A stretch of DNA of 64,000 nucleotides from Aquificota bacterium (GCA_027002265.1 JAMOTM010000043.1:12103-76102); one strand, 5' to 3'; counted from the first letter of the stretch, positions 30,727-44,755 are shown. Notes: generated by a model not told the origin, from the letters alone. Numbers and translations are program-made.

Positions 30727-31535
30727 GAGAGAGCTAAAATCTTGAAGGCCAACGGTATTCGTAATGTCAAAAATCAAAAAACAGCTTCAAAGGCCACTTA
30801 AATTTAATTATATGTAATAATTTTCTTTTGTCAAGTAAATTAATAACTGTTAAGAAAAAATTTTGTTATTTTTATGTAATATATCTTTTATTTTAGTGTC
30901 TATATTCGTATATATTTTTAATTTATTACCTAATATTTGAAAATTAAATTCTTTTTACAGTTTTGTCAAAGGGGTTCGGGATAATTTTTGTGTTTATTTA
31001 CTCTAAATAACTCTTATAAATAAAGAAAATGTCTTTTGTTATCCAAAATATATTTTTTTTAATTATCTGCAAATATAGCAGAATTATGTTATGAACTTGA
31101 AGTAATTTACTTTATTCTTTTATTTATGTTCATAGTCTAAACTAAAAAGTATCAGCTTTTAGAGTATTACTAAAAAAAATTTTTTAAATTTTTTAATCTA
31201 TCCAAAAAGTAATTATAAATAGAATTTATAGTTTCTATAAGTTATTTAAATTAATTTTGTTTATATGTTCACAACAGAAAAAATATAGAAATATATGAGT
31301 ATTTAAATATAAAACAAAATATTAAATTTTATCAAATAAAATTTTAAATATTTAGATACCTTTGGTTGTTTAATTTTTTTAATGATAATCTTTAAAAGTT
31401 TGAAAATAAAGTTTTTAAGAATAGGAATTTTTGAGATTTTCCTCGCATTTTGTTTAGTATTATTAATTAACTTGGAAATTTTTAAGAAAAGAATTAATAT
31501 TAAAAGTAGAATATAAATCTTGGAGGGATTTTTGT
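30727..31535 (-). promoter_or_regulatory. AT-rich putative CRISPR leader / long non-coding region
   Basis: About 800 bp with no ORF of 60 aa or more on either strand and very high A+T content. It directly abuts the last intact repeat. Confidence 0.45.
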
Positions 31536-32465
31536 ATGAATTCTAAAAAAGCTTATTTTTATATTTTTGGAATTATAGCTTTAATCTTACTTTTAATTTT
31601 CAAAACATCTTATGTAATTATTGAAAGTGGGGAAGTTGGAGTTTTATCTAATTTAGGAAAATATAGTAAGGAAGAGCTGGGACCTGGTATTCATTTTTTA
31701 TTACCTTTTGGTATTCAAAAAGTTATAAAGGTGGATGTAAGAGTTCATAGCATTAATTACAAAGGTAATAAGGATTTGCAGGACAAAGAAGGTGTTATAT
31801 ATAAGCCAGCTATTACAGTTCTAGATGAAAGAGGTCTTCCTATAAAAGTAGAGCTTACAGTTACTTACCGTCTAAATCCAAATATGGCAGCTGAAACTTT
31901 AAGTTCGTGGGGTTTTAATTGGGAAGAAAAGCTTGTAAATCCTATCATTAGAGAAGTTGTTAGAGACGTTATAGGTAGATATCCAGCTGAAAGTATTCCT
32001 ACTAAGCGTCCTGAAATTGCTGCAAAAATAGAAGAAGGGATTAGAAAGGAAATAAAAAATCAATCTCAAGGAGCTGTTGAAGTAGTGGGAGTTCAGCTTA
32101 GAAACATCTTACTTCCACGAGATATTGAACAGAAAATAAAAGAGGTTCAAATTGCAAAGCAAGAAGCAGAAAAAATGAAATATATTGAAGAAAAGGCAAG
32201 AAAGGAGCAAGAAGTTGCAAAAATTAAGGCAGAAACAGAAAAACTTAAAAAAATTATAAAAGCTAAAGCTGAGGCTGAAGCAAGATTACTTAAGGCAAAA
32301 GCTGAGGCAGAATCTAATAAAATCTTATCTGAGTCTATCAATGATAAAATATTAAAGTATGAAGCCCTTCAAGTTCAAAAGCAAATGGCTGAAAGTATAA
32401 AAGAAAACAAAAATGTAAAACTGTTTATAAATCCACCTCAAAATCTTCACATGTGGATAAAGTAA
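31536..32465 (+). CDS. SPFH/band-7 (stomatin/prohibitin-like) membrane protein
   Basis: N-terminal transmembrane helix, an SPFH core (VIIESGEVGVLSNLGKY...) and a C-terminal coiled coil rich in KAKAEAEA repeats. Confidence 0.75.
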   Translation: MNSKKAYFYIFGIIALILLLIFKTSYVIIESGEVGVLSNLGKYSKEELGPGIHFLLPFGIQKVIKVDVRVHSINYKGNKDLQDKEGVIYKPAITVLDERGLPIKVELTVTYRLNPNMAAETLSSWGFNWEEKLVNPIIREVVRDVIGRYPAESIPTKRPEIAAKIEEGIRKEIKNQSQGAVEVVGVQLRNILLPRDIEQKIKEVQIAKQEAEKMKYIEEKARKEQEVAKIKAETEKLKKIIKAKAEAEARLLKAKAEAESNKILSESINDKILKYEALQVQKQMAESIKENKNVKLFINPPQNLHMWIK

Positions 32466-32466
32466 C

Positions 32467-32500
32467 GGGTAGGCAAAAGAATTGCCTACCCTACTCTTTT
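32467..32500 (+). terminator. Rho-independent terminator GGGTAGGCAA-aagaa-TTGCCTACCC followed by a T-tract
   Basis: Perfect 10-bp stem, then tactcttttttattt. Confidence 0.75.
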
Positions 32501-32766
32501 TTATTTACTTCATCAATTAAATTCATATATTCAGCTACTTCTTTCCAGTATTTTTGATTCTTTTTTATTCTTTCGTCTATTTCCTTAGGTTTAGTTTTTT
32601 TCTTTGCTTCTTCCTCTCTTCTTTTTCTTTCTCTTTCTTCACGGTCTTTTTTAGGTTTTAAATATAAGAAATAAATTAAAATTCCTAAAAAAAGTAAAAG
32701 TAATCCTATAGCTATAAGGAAACTAAAAATCTCATCTACAGTTAAACTTTCTAAATCTATATTCAT
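32491..32766 (-). CDS. Hypothetical small membrane protein (91 aa) with a highly charged R/E/K-rich tail
   Basis: One transmembrane helix followed by KKDREERERKRREEEAKKK. It is co-directional with and downstream of atpC. Confidence 0.4.
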   Translation of the reverse strand: MNIDLESLTVDEIFSFLIAIGLLLLFLGILIYFLYLKPKKDREERERKRREEEAKKKTKPKEIDERIKKNQKYWKEVAEYMNLIDEVNKKE

Positions 32767-32792
32767 CTTTTTATCCTAATTTTTATCCTAAC

Positions 32793-33209
32793 TTATACAT
32801 TTTCCAAATAAGTATTTAGCTTAACCAAAGCTAAATAAAGTTTTTGAGTAGTTAAAATTTCTTCTTCTAATCTTCTTTTTTCCTTTTCATCTTCTGTTTC
32901 TAAAAGCTTTTGATTGAGCTCTTCAACTTTTTCTAAAAGTTTTTGAGGATCTAATTTTTTAGGATCTAAACGTTCCCTTAAAGCTACTTTTAGTCTTTCT
33001 CCGTCATATTCTAAATATCCGCCTTTAAATAAGATAAATTCCTTATTTCCTTTTTCATCTACAATAATTAAATAACCGGCCCTTCCACCTATAAGGGCCG
33101 GTACATGTCCTTCCTCTATTGTATCATAATCATCATCTATATCATAAAACACATATTTTATTTGTTTTTCTGTATAAAATCCTTGGCTACCAAGCTCAAG
33201 TAAAATCAT
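32793..33209 (-). CDS. atpC: F0F1 ATP synthase subunit epsilon
   Basis: Last gene after atpD. FILFKGGYLEYDGERLKVALRERL resembles the conserved epsilon core (F..LSGG.LEV....V.VLA). The N-terminal beta domain is divergent. Confidence 0.6.
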   Translation of the reverse strand: MILLELGSQGFYTEKQIKYVFYDIDDDYDTIEEGHVPALIGGRAGYLIIVDEKGNKEFILFKGGYLEYDGERLKVALRERLDPKKLDPQKLLEKVEELNQKLLETEDEKEKRRLEEEILTTQKLYLALVKLNTYLENV

Positions 33210-33227
33210 GGCTTTACCTCATTTTAA

Positions 33228-34694
<1,467 letters not shown>

Positions 34695-34698
34695 TCAA

Positions 34699-35568
34699 TT
34701 ATTTCATAGCTTCTATAGCGTTAGTAATTTCAATAAGCTCTTTTGTAATAGCAGCTTGACGAGCTTTGTTATAAGATATTGTAAGTTTTTTAATAAGATC
34801 TTGAATATTTTTAGTTGCGTTATCCATTGCTGTCATACGAGCAGCATGCTCGGAAGTTGCACTTTCCCAAAGAACATTTAATACCCAACCGTAAGTATAA
34901 TCTTGAACAAGTTGATCTAAGATATCTACATCTGGAATAACATCTAAAACTTTATTTTCATCCTTTTCATTTTTTACAGGTTTTATAGGTAAAAACTCAT
35001 CATATATAACGTCTTGTCTTAGCGGATTTATAAATTTATTAAAAACAATATGAACTTCATCAAAACCTTCTAAAAGATAAGCATCTATGATTGCATTATA
35101 AATTTCTTTTGCTAAATCTTCTCCAAGTCGTCTAAAAACATCTACCCATTTGTATCTAACAGGTATGTCTGTATATTTTTCAAAAAATGTAGTTACTTTA
35201 TTTCCAACTGTAAGAAGCTCCACTTCAATTCCCTTTTCTCTATATTCAGCTACTTTTTTTCTTGTTGTTTTTATTAAGTTTGCATTAAAAGCTCCACAAA
35301 GTCCTTTGTCTGAACCAAATACGCATATAAGTATTTTTTTAGGATTATGATTTTCCTTTCTCAAAAATACAGAGTTTGCATTTGGTACATCAGCTAAATC
35401 TAATGTAATTTCTCTTAAAATTCTTGCAAAATTTCTAATTTTTTTAAGTTCAGCTTCAGCTCTTTTAAGTTTAGCAGCGGACACCGCCTTCATAGCAGCG
35501 GTAATCCGCTGAGTACCTTTTAAAGATTTTATTTTTCTTTTTATATCTCTCATACTCATTCCAGCCAT
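34699..35568 (-). CDS. atpG: F0F1 ATP synthase subunit gamma
   Basis: Position between atpA and atpD. The conserved C-terminus ITKELIEI...A fits gamma. Confidence 0.85.
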   Translation of the reverse strand: MAGMSMRDIKRKIKSLKGTQRITAAMKAVSAAKLKRAEAELKKIRNFARILREITLDLADVPNANSVFLRKENHNPKKILICVFGSDKGLCGAFNANLIKTTRKKVAEYREKGIEVELLTVGNKVTTFFEKYTDIPVRYKWVDVFRRLGEDLAKEIYNAIIDAYLLEGFDEVHIVFNKFINPLRQDVIYDEFLPIKPVKNEKDENKVLDVIPDVDILDQLVQDYTYGWVLNVLWESATSEHAARMTAMDNATKNIQDLIKKLTISYNKARQAAITKELIEITNAIEAMK

Positions 35569-35585
35569 GGTTTAAACCCCTTTCC

Positions 35586-37629
<2,044 letters not shown>

Positions 37630-37644
37630 TTTAAACTATCCTCC

Positions 37645-38106
37645 TTAAATTTTACTTAAAGAGCGTTTTATAAATTTCTCATCTTCCTCAGGGGTTAGTC
37701 TCTCTTTTAATACTTTTTCAGCCTCTTTTAAAGCTTCGTTTACAGCTATATTTTTTAACTTATACTTTAATAGATAAATCTCGTTTTCCACTTCTCTTTC
37801 TAAAGCTTCTTTATATCTTTCTATAATTTTTTCAGCTTCTTTTAGAATTTGCTCTTTTTTCTTTTCTGCTTGCTTTTCCGCAACTTTTATAATTCTTTCT
37901 GCTTCTTTTTGAGCATTTTCTATTTTCATATCAAGTTCTCTTACAGCTTGTTCTAAACGACTTTTCTCAAGTTCTAGTTCTTCTTTAGTTTTGAATATTT
38001 TTTCTTTTTCTTTTTCAAGATAATTTTTTAAAGGATTTTTTAATAATTTATATAAAATAAGTACTAAAAGAACAAAATTAACAACTTTAAACAAAAACAA
38101 AGTCAT
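37645..38106 (-). CDS. atpF: F0F1 ATP synthase subunit b
   Basis: One N-terminal transmembrane helix plus a long E/K-rich coiled coil, immediately upstream of delta. Confidence 0.7.
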   Translation of the reverse strand: MTLFLFKVVNFVLLVLILYKLLKNPLKNYLEKEKEKIFKTKEELELEKSRLEQAVRELDMKIENAQKEAERIIKVAEKQAEKKKEQILKEAEKIIERYKEALEREVENEIYLLKYKLKNIAVNEALKEAEKVLKERLTPEEDEKFIKRSLSKI

Positions 38107-38117
38107 TTTTAATCCCC

Positions 38118-38594
38118 CTAAGCAGCTTTTTTACCTAAAATTTTTTCAACAATTAATTTTGCAAGCTCAGGAATAGTTTTTTGAAGTTCTTTTTTAGCTT
38201 CCTCAAATTCTTGCTTTAGGGTAGCTAAAATTTGTTCAAATTTCTTCTCTTCCTTTTCTTTAGCTTCTTCAATCATTCTTTTAGCTTCTTTTTCAGCTTC
38301 CATAACTGCTTTCTTTAAAATTTCATCTGCCTTTTCGTTTGCTTCTTTTAAAATACGCTGAAATTTAGCTTCTTTTTCTTCAAGAAGTTTTCTTAAAGAA
38401 GTTATTTCTTTTTCTAAATTTTTAAAATATTCTTCTCTTTTTTCAATTTTTTCACTGAATTTATCTAAAAAGATAGTCTTAAAAACAAAGAAAAATACTA
38501 GAAAGTTTAAAGCTTGAATAACAAGATATAAAGGATTTATGTTTACTATGCTTCCTTCTGCCATTATAAAGCCTCCTAAGATAAAAAATTCCAA
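38118..38594 (-). CDS. F0F1 ATP synthase subunit b'
   Basis: A second b-type subunit (transmembrane helix plus coiled coil) precedes atpF. A b/b' pair is typical of several bacterial lineages. Confidence 0.65.
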   Translation of the reverse strand: MEFFILGGFIMAEGSIVNINPLYLVIQALNFLVFFFVFKTIFLDKFSEKIEKREEYFKNLEKEITSLRKLLEEKEAKFQRILKEANEKADEILKKAVMEAEKEAKRMIEEAKEKEEKKFEQILATLKQEFEEAKKELQKTIPELAKLIVEKILGKKAA

Positions 38595-38628
38595 TATATT
38601 TTATCAAATCTTTCAAAAGTTTGGGAGA

Positions 38629-39651
38629 TTATTCTTTTGAGATTTCTCCGGCAGCTATAACTTTATCTTTTTTATAAACTACTCCTACTTGGCCTGGAGT
38701 AATAGCAAAAACTTTCTCTTTAAGTTTTATTTTAAGTTTATTTTGCGTTTCCTTTATATATTCAATGGGAACTTTTTTAGCTTTGTATCTTACTTTTATA
38801 TATAAATTTTCAAAATTTGTTTTCTCTAAAAATTCGTGATCAAAAAAATTAAGTTTTTCTAAAGTTAAACTATCACTATAAACTTCATCTTTTGGAGCAA
38901 CAACTATTTGTTTTTTAAATATATCTATTTCTTTTACATACAGAGGTTCTTTATACCTGATATGAAGACCCCTTCTTTGACCAACAGTAAACTGTAAAAT
39001 ATTTTTTGTTTCTCTTAAAACTTTTTTTTCTTTACTTAAAATAATTTTTCCTCTTATTTTTAATTTATTTTCTTCTAAAAATTCCCCTATAGAGTAGCCT
39101 TTTAAAAAACATATATCTTGACTTTCTTTTTGTTCTACTGGAAGCTCAAGTTGAGAAGCAAGTTTTTTTATTTGCTCTTTCTCATATTCTCCTAAAGGAA
39201 AGATGCAGTAGGGAATTATATTTTTTCTTAAAAAACTTAAAAAATAAGATTGATCTTTCTTTTTATCTTTCGCTTCATAAAGAAAGTTTCCTTTTCTTAT
39301 AACATAATGTCCTGTGGAAATATAATCTACTATACCTTCCTTTATATATCTAAAAAGAAAAGGAAACTTAAGATATGCATTACACCAAACACAAGGATTG
39401 GGAGTTTTTCCTTGAAAATAGTAATCTAAAAAACCATTTATAATAAGTTCTCTGAAAGCTTCTTTTAGATCTACTACATGAAGAGGAATTTTTAAAAACT
39501 TAGCTAAATTTTCCACTCTTTCTATATTTTCTTCATGAAGCTTTGTAAATATAAAATAATATCCAATTACCTTATATCCTTGCTTTTTTAAAAGGTAGGC
39601 TGCTACGCCTGAGTCTACTCCGCCAGAAAGTCCTATCCCTACTTTTTTCAT
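38629..39651 (-). CDS. mnmA: tRNA 2-thiouridine(34) synthase
   Basis: PP-loop GLSGGVDSGVAAYLL near the N-terminus. Confidence 0.85.
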   Translation of the reverse strand: MKKVGIGLSGGVDSGVAAYLLKKQGYKVIGYYFIFTKLHEENIERVENLAKFLKIPLHVVDLKEAFRELIINGFLDYYFQGKTPNPCVWCNAYLKFPFLFRYIKEGIVDYISTGHYVIRKGNFLYEAKDKKKDQSYFLSFLRKNIIPYCIFPLGEYEKEQIKKLASQLELPVEQKESQDICFLKGYSIGEFLEENKLKIRGKIILSKEKKVLRETKNILQFTVGQRRGLHIRYKEPLYVKEIDIFKKQIVVAPKDEVYSDSLTLEKLNFFDHEFLEKTNFENLYIKVRYKAKKVPIEYIKETQNKLKIKLKEKVFAITPGQVGVVYKKDKVIAAGEISKE

Positions 39652-39683
39652 TTTTTTTCCAAAAAGAAATTTTCAAAATTTTA

Positions 39684-40307
39684 TCAAAAATCTTTTTTTT
39701 CTAAAAGAATAAAATTTCTTTCAAAATCCTCTTTGGGTTTATATTTAAAAATTTTGGGTTTTGAAATTTTAAGGTGGGAAATATCATCTAATTTTTTTCC
39801 TCTTACTATTAAAACAGGAACATTTTCTTTTATAAAGGAAGAAAGTAAATCTTCTATTTTATTTAAAGGTGCAAAGGCCCTACAGATAATTAAATCTGGA
39901 TATTTCTTTATATTTTTTATATCTTCATTTAAAACTTTTACATTTTTTAAATTTAAAAATCTTTTTATATGTTCTAAAAATAAGGCTCTTTTTTTTCTTA
40001 TTTCTATTAAGTCAAAAAGCTTGTTTTCATATAAAATAGAGAGAGGAATCCCAGGAAATCCAGCTCCACTTCCAACATCAAAAATTTCTTTTGGATCTAA
40101 GTTAAAATATTCAAAAGCATACTTAAAATATAAACTATCCAAAAGATGCCTTTTTATAAGTTCTTCATCCGTTTTAAAAGATACTAAATTTACTTTTTTA
40201 TTCCATTTTTTAAGTTCTTTTAAAAATAAAGAAAGCTTTTCTATTTTTTCTTTTGAAAGAGTAAATCCTTCTTTTTTTAAAAATTTCTCAATGATTTCTT
40301 CCATCAT
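39684..40307 (-). CDS. rsmG: 16S rRNA (guanine527-N7)-methyltransferase
   Basis: SAM-binding motif DVGSGAGFPGIPL. The gene lies downstream of mnmG, the conserved gene order. Confidence 0.85.
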   Translation of the reverse strand: MMEEIIEKFLKKEGFTLSKEKIEKLSLFLKELKKWNKKVNLVSFKTDEELIKRHLLDSLYFKYAFEYFNLDPKEIFDVGSGAGFPGIPLSILYENKLFDLIEIRKKRALFLEHIKRFLNLKNVKVLNEDIKNIKKYPDLIICRAFAPLNKIEDLLSSFIKENVPVLIVRGKKLDDISHLKISKPKIFKYKPKEDFERNFILLEKKDF

Positions 40308-40314
40308 AATCCTT

Positions 40315-42321
40315 CTATTTATTTTCTTTTTGTTTTTGTCTTTTATGCTTATTTATATAATATAAAACTATGGGAATACTTGCCGCTCTTACTCCTTCCA
40401 TTTTAGAAAGATCACCTAAGGTTTTGGGTTTGTATTCTTTTATTTTTTGTTTTTCTTCAAAAGAAATAGGGATTTCATCCCAATTTAAATCTTCTGGAAT
40501 TTCAATACTTTCTAGTTTTCTAAATTTTTCAGCAAGTTTTATTGTTTTTTCTATATATCCTTCATATTTTATTTCTATTTCTAATGTGTAAAGAATTTCC
40601 TCTATTAAAGAGCTTTTCTTTGGAATATCTTCTTTTAATATATTTTCCTCTATAGATTTTATAATTTCTCTTAAAGTAGTTTTGTAAGACTTATCTTCCT
40701 CTTTTACCAAAATAGGAAGATCTAAAATATCTTTTAAGGAAACATCCGGGCGTTTTAAAAATTTATCTAAAGGCATATTTTCTTTTATAGGAATCTTGGA
40801 TTCTTCCTTTACAACGCGATAATTTTCTTTAAAAGCCTTAATAAGAAAACTTAGAATCTCTTTTTTTCTTTTTACTCTCTTATATTCTCTTTCAGTTAAA
40901 AGCCCAAGTTTATAAGCTTTTTCAGAGAGCCTTAAATCTGCATTATCGTATCTAAGTAAAAGACGATATTCTGCTCGGGATGTAAAAAGACGGTAAGGTT
41001 CTTTTGTCCCTTTTGTAACAAGATCATCTATTAAAACCCCAATATAAGCTTCATCCCTTTTTAAAACAAATCTTTCTTCCTTTCCTAGTGCATATAAAGC
41101 TGCATTTATCCCAGCTACGATTCCCATAGCTGCAGCTTCTTCATAGCCTGTAGTTCCACATATTTGACCTGCATGAAAAAGTCCTTTAATTTTTTTAGTT
41201 TCAAGAGTATGATAAAGCTCGCGAGGATCTATATAATCATACTCTATACCATAGGCTGGCCTAATGAGCTTTGCCTTTTCCAAGCCTGGAATAGAATGAA
41301 TAATTTTTTCTTGTACTTCATAAGGCATAGAATTTGAAGTTCCAGCTGGATAAACTTCTATTGTATCTAAACCTTCAGGCTCTATAAATACATGATGCTT
41401 ATATTTATCTGGAAACTTTACAATTTTATCTTCAATAGAAGGACAATACCTTACTCCAGTTCCCTCAATAAGACCTCCATAAAGAGCTGAGCGTTTTAAA
41501 TTTTTTTCTATTATTTCTTTAGTTTCTTTTGTAGTATAAGTTAAAAAACAGGGAATTTGTTTTCTTTTGTCAGTTTTTAAAAAATCTTTTAAGTAAGGAG
41601 GAACTGGTAAGAGTTTTTCTTCTCTTTCTACAAAAAATGAAAAAGATGGAGGCGGCTCATCCCCATCTTGAATTTCCATTTCAGAAAAGTTTATAGTTCT
41701 ACCATCTAATCTTGGAGGAGTTCCAGTTTTAAAGCGACCAAGCTTAAAATTACATCTTTTATAAAATTCTGTAAGTTTATTTGCAGGTGGTTCCCACATT
41801 CTTCCAGCTTCAAAAACTTCATGACCTATAAATATTTTTCCTCTTAAAAAAGTTCCAGTTGCTACAACTATAGCTTTTGCGCCGTACTTTGCCTTTAGAT
41901 TTGTAAGAACTCCTTTAACTTTTCCATGTTCATCTATTAAAATATCATCTACAATTTGTTGAATTAATGTTATATTTTCTGTATTTTCTATAACCTTTGT
42001 CATTCTTTCTCGGTAAAGCTTTTTATCGCATTGAGCTCTTGGAGAGCGAACTGCAGGTCCTTTTTTGATATTAAGCATTCTAAATTGAAAACCTGTAAGA
42101 TCTGTATTTTTCCCTATTTCTCCCCCAAGAGCATCTATTTCTCTAACTACAATTCCCTTTGCAACTCCTCCAATTGAAGGGTTACAAGCCATTTCTGCAA
42201 TCTTATCTTTATTAACTGTAAAAAGGCCTACTTTCGCCCCCATTTTAGCGGCAGCTAAAGCGGCTTCACATCCGGCATGTCCAGCCCCAATTACAATAAC
42301 ATCAAATACATCATCCCACAT
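40315..42321 (-). CDS. mnmG: tRNA uridine-5-carboxymethylaminomethyl modification enzyme MnmG (GidA)
   Basis: FAD-binding N-terminus [22 protein letters not shown] and a size of 668 aa. Confidence 0.9.
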   Translation of the reverse strand: MWDDVFDVIVIGAGHAGCEAALAAAKMGAKVGLFTVNKDKIAEMACNPSIGGVAKGIVVREIDALGGEIGKNTDLTGFQFRMLNIKKGPAVRSPRAQCDKKLYRERMTKVIENTENITLIQQIVDDILIDEHGKVKGVLTNLKAKYGAKAIVVATGTFLRGKIFIGHEVFEAGRMWEPPANKLTEFYKRCNFKLGRFKTGTPPRLDGRTINFSEMEIQDGDEPPPSFSFFVEREEKLLPVPPYLKDFLKTDKRKQIPCFLTYTTKETKEIIEKNLKRSALYGGLIEGTGVRYCPSIEDKIVKFPDKYKHHVFIEPEGLDTIEVYPAGTSNSMPYEVQEKIIHSIPGLEKAKLIRPAYGIEYDYIDPRELYHTLETKKIKGLFHAGQICGTTGYEEAAAMGIVAGINAALYALGKEERFVLKRDEAYIGVLIDDLVTKGTKEPYRLFTSRAEYRLLLRYDNADLRLSEKAYKLGLLTEREYKRVKRKKEILSFLIKAFKENYRVVKEESKIPIKENMPLDKFLKRPDVSLKDILDLPILVKEEDKSYKTTLREIIKSIEENILKEDIPKKSSLIEEILYTLEIEIKYEGYIEKTIKLAEKFRKLESIEIPEDLNWDEIPISFEEKQKIKEYKPKTLGDLSKMEGVRAASIPIVLYYINKHKRQKQKENK

Positions 42322-42483
42322 TTTATTTCTCCAAAGATAGGATTTTTAAAGATATTTTATTTAGAAAGAAGCTTTGTTTAGATATTATAGGAAAATATTA
42401 TAGAAAATCTAAATTTTTGATATATACTAAAACTTTAAAATTAGGGTAATATTTAATTTAAAAAATAAATAAAAACACTTTAA

Positions 42484-42666
42484 CTAAAATATTCCATAGA
42501 TCTTATGAAGAATATGTATAAGCTCTAGAGTATGTAAATTTATTAAAATAAATTCAAAAATCAAGAATATAGCATATAAAAAAATTAAAATAAAAAGCCA
42601 TTTTCCTATAAAACCTTTTGCTTTTTTCTCAAGTTCTTCAAAAGAAAGTTTACAAATTAAAGACAT
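42484..42666 (-). CDS. Hypothetical small membrane protein (60 aa), distal gene of the cytochrome cluster
   Basis: Hydrophobic protein with a GGGGGG ribosome-binding site 7 nt upstream of its ATG. It lies 24 nt downstream of the preceding small ORF. Confidence 0.4.
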   Translation of the reverse strand: MSLICKLSFEELEKKAKGFIGKWLFILIFLYAIFLIFEFILINLHTLELIHILHKIYGIF

Positions 42667-42690
42667 TTTATCCCCCCTAATTTTTTAAAT

Positions 42691-42864
42691 TTAGAACCAT
42701 TGCAGCTTGGAATGAGCAATAAAAATAACAAGTTTAACAAACCATACTAAAAATAGTGGTCCTACTAAAAGTAAAGTAGTTAAGGCTAATATAATCCAAC
42801 CTTCAAATTCTATTTCGTACCAAAAAACTTCTTTAGGCTTTGGTTTAAATTCCTTTTTTGTCAA
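42691..42864 (-). CDS. Previously unlisted small membrane protein (57 aa, TTG start): MTKKEFKPKPKEVFWYEIEFEGWIILALTTLLLVGPLFLVWFVKLVIFIAHSKLQWF
   Basis: Below the 60-aa cutoff of the ORF track. A GGGAGG ribosome-binding site lies 7 nt upstream of the TTG, and one clear transmembrane helix is present. It sits 22 nt after the stop of the 13-haem cytochrome gene. The reverse complement was translated and checked by hand. Confidence 0.45.
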   Translation of the reverse strand: MTKKEFKPKPKEVFWYEIEFEGWIILALTTLLLVGPLFLVWFVKLVIFIAHSKLQWF

Positions 42865-42886
42865 TTTTTGCCTCCCTATATAAAAC

Positions 42887-43981
42887 TTATAATTTATTTT
42901 TATATTTTGGATAGGTTAAATCTTTATAAGGGGAATTATGAATAATATGACATTTTAAGCAATTTTTTTTGTCTTTTAAGTTTTTATGACTGCCCCACAA
43001 AATCGGTTTATGACAATAAATACAAATTTCAGGAGCTTTTGCATATAGCATATTTTTTTTGTTTAAGTGGGGATTATGACAAATAGTACAATCCATAGGG
43101 TGAGTATATTTATTTTTAGCAAATACTCCCACATCTTTTGCCTTTCTTCCATTATGACAAACAAGACAAGTTTTTGCATGCTTAGAATAATGTAGATTTT
43201 TCTTTGGAATATAAATATTAGGACTGTATTTAATTAAAAATTCACTTTTTGCAAAGTGGGGTGTATGACAATTTTCACAGGATTTGTGAGGAGTTTTTAA
43301 AACTTCTTTTTCTTCTTTATGACATTTAGAGCAAAATAAACCATAAGTTTTTGTTGGAATTAAAGACTTACTTAAAGCTCTATGCATTTTGTGACAATTT
43401 AAACATCCAATATCTGGATGAGAATTTTTATCTTTTTTTATATCTATATGACATTTATAACAATGTTTAGATTTATTTCTTTTAAAAGAAAGACAATTTT
43501 TATCTTTTGGTCTGTGCATATCATGACAGTTTAAACAATTAATCTTCATTTTTTTCTTTCTTAAATTCAATTTTCCAACAGGATGGTTAAAAAGTATAAG
43601 ATTTTTTGAAAAATATTTTCTTTTATATTTTTCTTTATGACAAGAAGCACATGTATTTTCTTTTACTTTAAAAGCAAATTTCTTTTTAGAACCTTCTTTG
43701 GTATGAGGATTATGGCAATTTCCACAGTTTACTTTATTATTTATGGGATGTCCTATCTTATGATATATATTATAAAAAATATCCCTATCATCTAAAATTA
43801 GACCATTGTGACAAGAGTAGCACATTTCTAAACTAGATGCAGATACATTTTCTCCTACTAAAATATAAGGCAACTTACTTTTCTCTTTAGATATAAAATT
43901 TTTTACATGACATTTATAGCAATCTTGCGCTAAGGAAAAAGATAATAATATAAATGTTAAAAATATAAATTTTCCCAACAT
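42887..43981 (-). CDS. Multihaem cytochrome c (about 13 CxxCH motifs), secreted
   Basis: Signal peptide plus 13 CxxCH motifs: CYKCH, CYSCH, CGNCH, CASCH, CLNCH, CYKCH, CLNCH, CSKCH, CENCH, CLVCH, CTICH, CIYCH and CLKCH. Confidence 0.85.
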   Translation of the reverse strand: MLGKFIFLTFILLSFSLAQDCYKCHVKNFISKEKSKLPYILVGENVSASSLEMCYSCHNGLILDDRDIFYNIYHKIGHPINNKVNCGNCHNPHTKEGSKKKFAFKVKENTCASCHKEKYKRKYFSKNLILFNHPVGKLNLRKKKMKINCLNCHDMHRPKDKNCLSFKRNKSKHCYKCHIDIKKDKNSHPDIGCLNCHKMHRALSKSLIPTKTYGLFCSKCHKEEKEVLKTPHKSCENCHTPHFAKSEFLIKYSPNIYIPKKNLHYSKHAKTCLVCHNGRKAKDVGVFAKNKYTHPMDCTICHNPHLNKKNMLYAKAPEICIYCHKPILWGSHKNLKDKKNCLKCHIIHNSPYKDLTYPKYKNKL

Positions 43982-44745
43982 TATCTTTCTACCTCATTCT
44001 TTTTTCTTATTACAAGGGTAGGTTTTAAAGAATCTAAAACATAAATATTATTCTTATCTACTTTTAAGCCCAAGGGATTTTTTATATTTGAAAAATAACC
44101 CACATAAGAACCTGCTTTTGTAAAAACAACAACTTTTTTAAAAATGGGATCTGCAACATATATGTAATTTTTATCAACATCTATGCCTGTAGGTCTAAAA
44201 AGTTTACCTTTTGTAATTCCAAAATCTCCAAAAAAGTAAGTTAATTTTCCATTAAAATCGATTAAATAGATTTTTGCATTATTTACATCTACAAGATATA
44301 TATAACTATTATCTTTTGTTAAAAAACCTAATTTGGAATTAAAATTAATAGATTTTCTCTCTTTTCCATCTAGAGAGTATGCTTTTAAGTATCCATTTTT
44401 TAAGCTTGTCCAAATAAGATTTTTCACCTTAACAAGGTCTATAGGAGAAGCTTTTAGATTTATGACTCTTTCTATTTTTCCCTTTAGATTTAATATATAT
44501 ATTTTTTTATCTTTTGGAGAAGTAAGGTAAATCTTGTTGTCTTCTACATATATTCCATAAGGTTTAAATTTTAATTTAATTTTATTTTTAGGTTTTAAAG
44601 TATTTTTATTTAAAACTAAAATTTCCTGCTTTAATCCATCTACTATATATATACTATTTTTATATATAGAAAGATCTGAAGGCGTTTTTAAATTAAGATT
44701 TACAGTTTCTCCCAAGGCAAATAAACCTAGTAAAAATATAAGCAT
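43981..44745 (-). CDS. NHL-repeat beta-propeller protein, secreted
   Basis: Signal peptide plus repeated units of the form P.GI.VD.NYIYV.D...K.V.VF (for example FRPTGIDVDKNYIYVADPIFKKVVVF and NPLGLKVDKNNIYVLD). Confidence 0.6.
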   Translation of the reverse strand: MLIFLLGLFALGETVNLNLKTPSDLSIYKNSIYIVDGLKQEILVLNKNTLKPKNKIKLKFKPYGIYVEDNKIYLTSPKDKKIYILNLKGKIERVINLKASPIDLVKVKNLIWTSLKNGYLKAYSLDGKERKSINFNSKLGFLTKDNSYIYLVDVNNAKIYLIDFNGKLTYFFGDFGITKGKLFRPTGIDVDKNYIYVADPIFKKVVVFTKAGSYVGYFSNIKNPLGLKVDKNNIYVLDSLKPTLVIRKKNEVER

Positions 44746-44755
44746 TTATGCCCCC

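Noticed and set aside
39733-40591. 210-aa and 73-aa + strand ORFs opposite rsmG and mnmG
   Set aside because: They are antisense. The translations are low-complexity K/F/S-rich, while the minus-strand genes carry clear SAM and FAD motifs.
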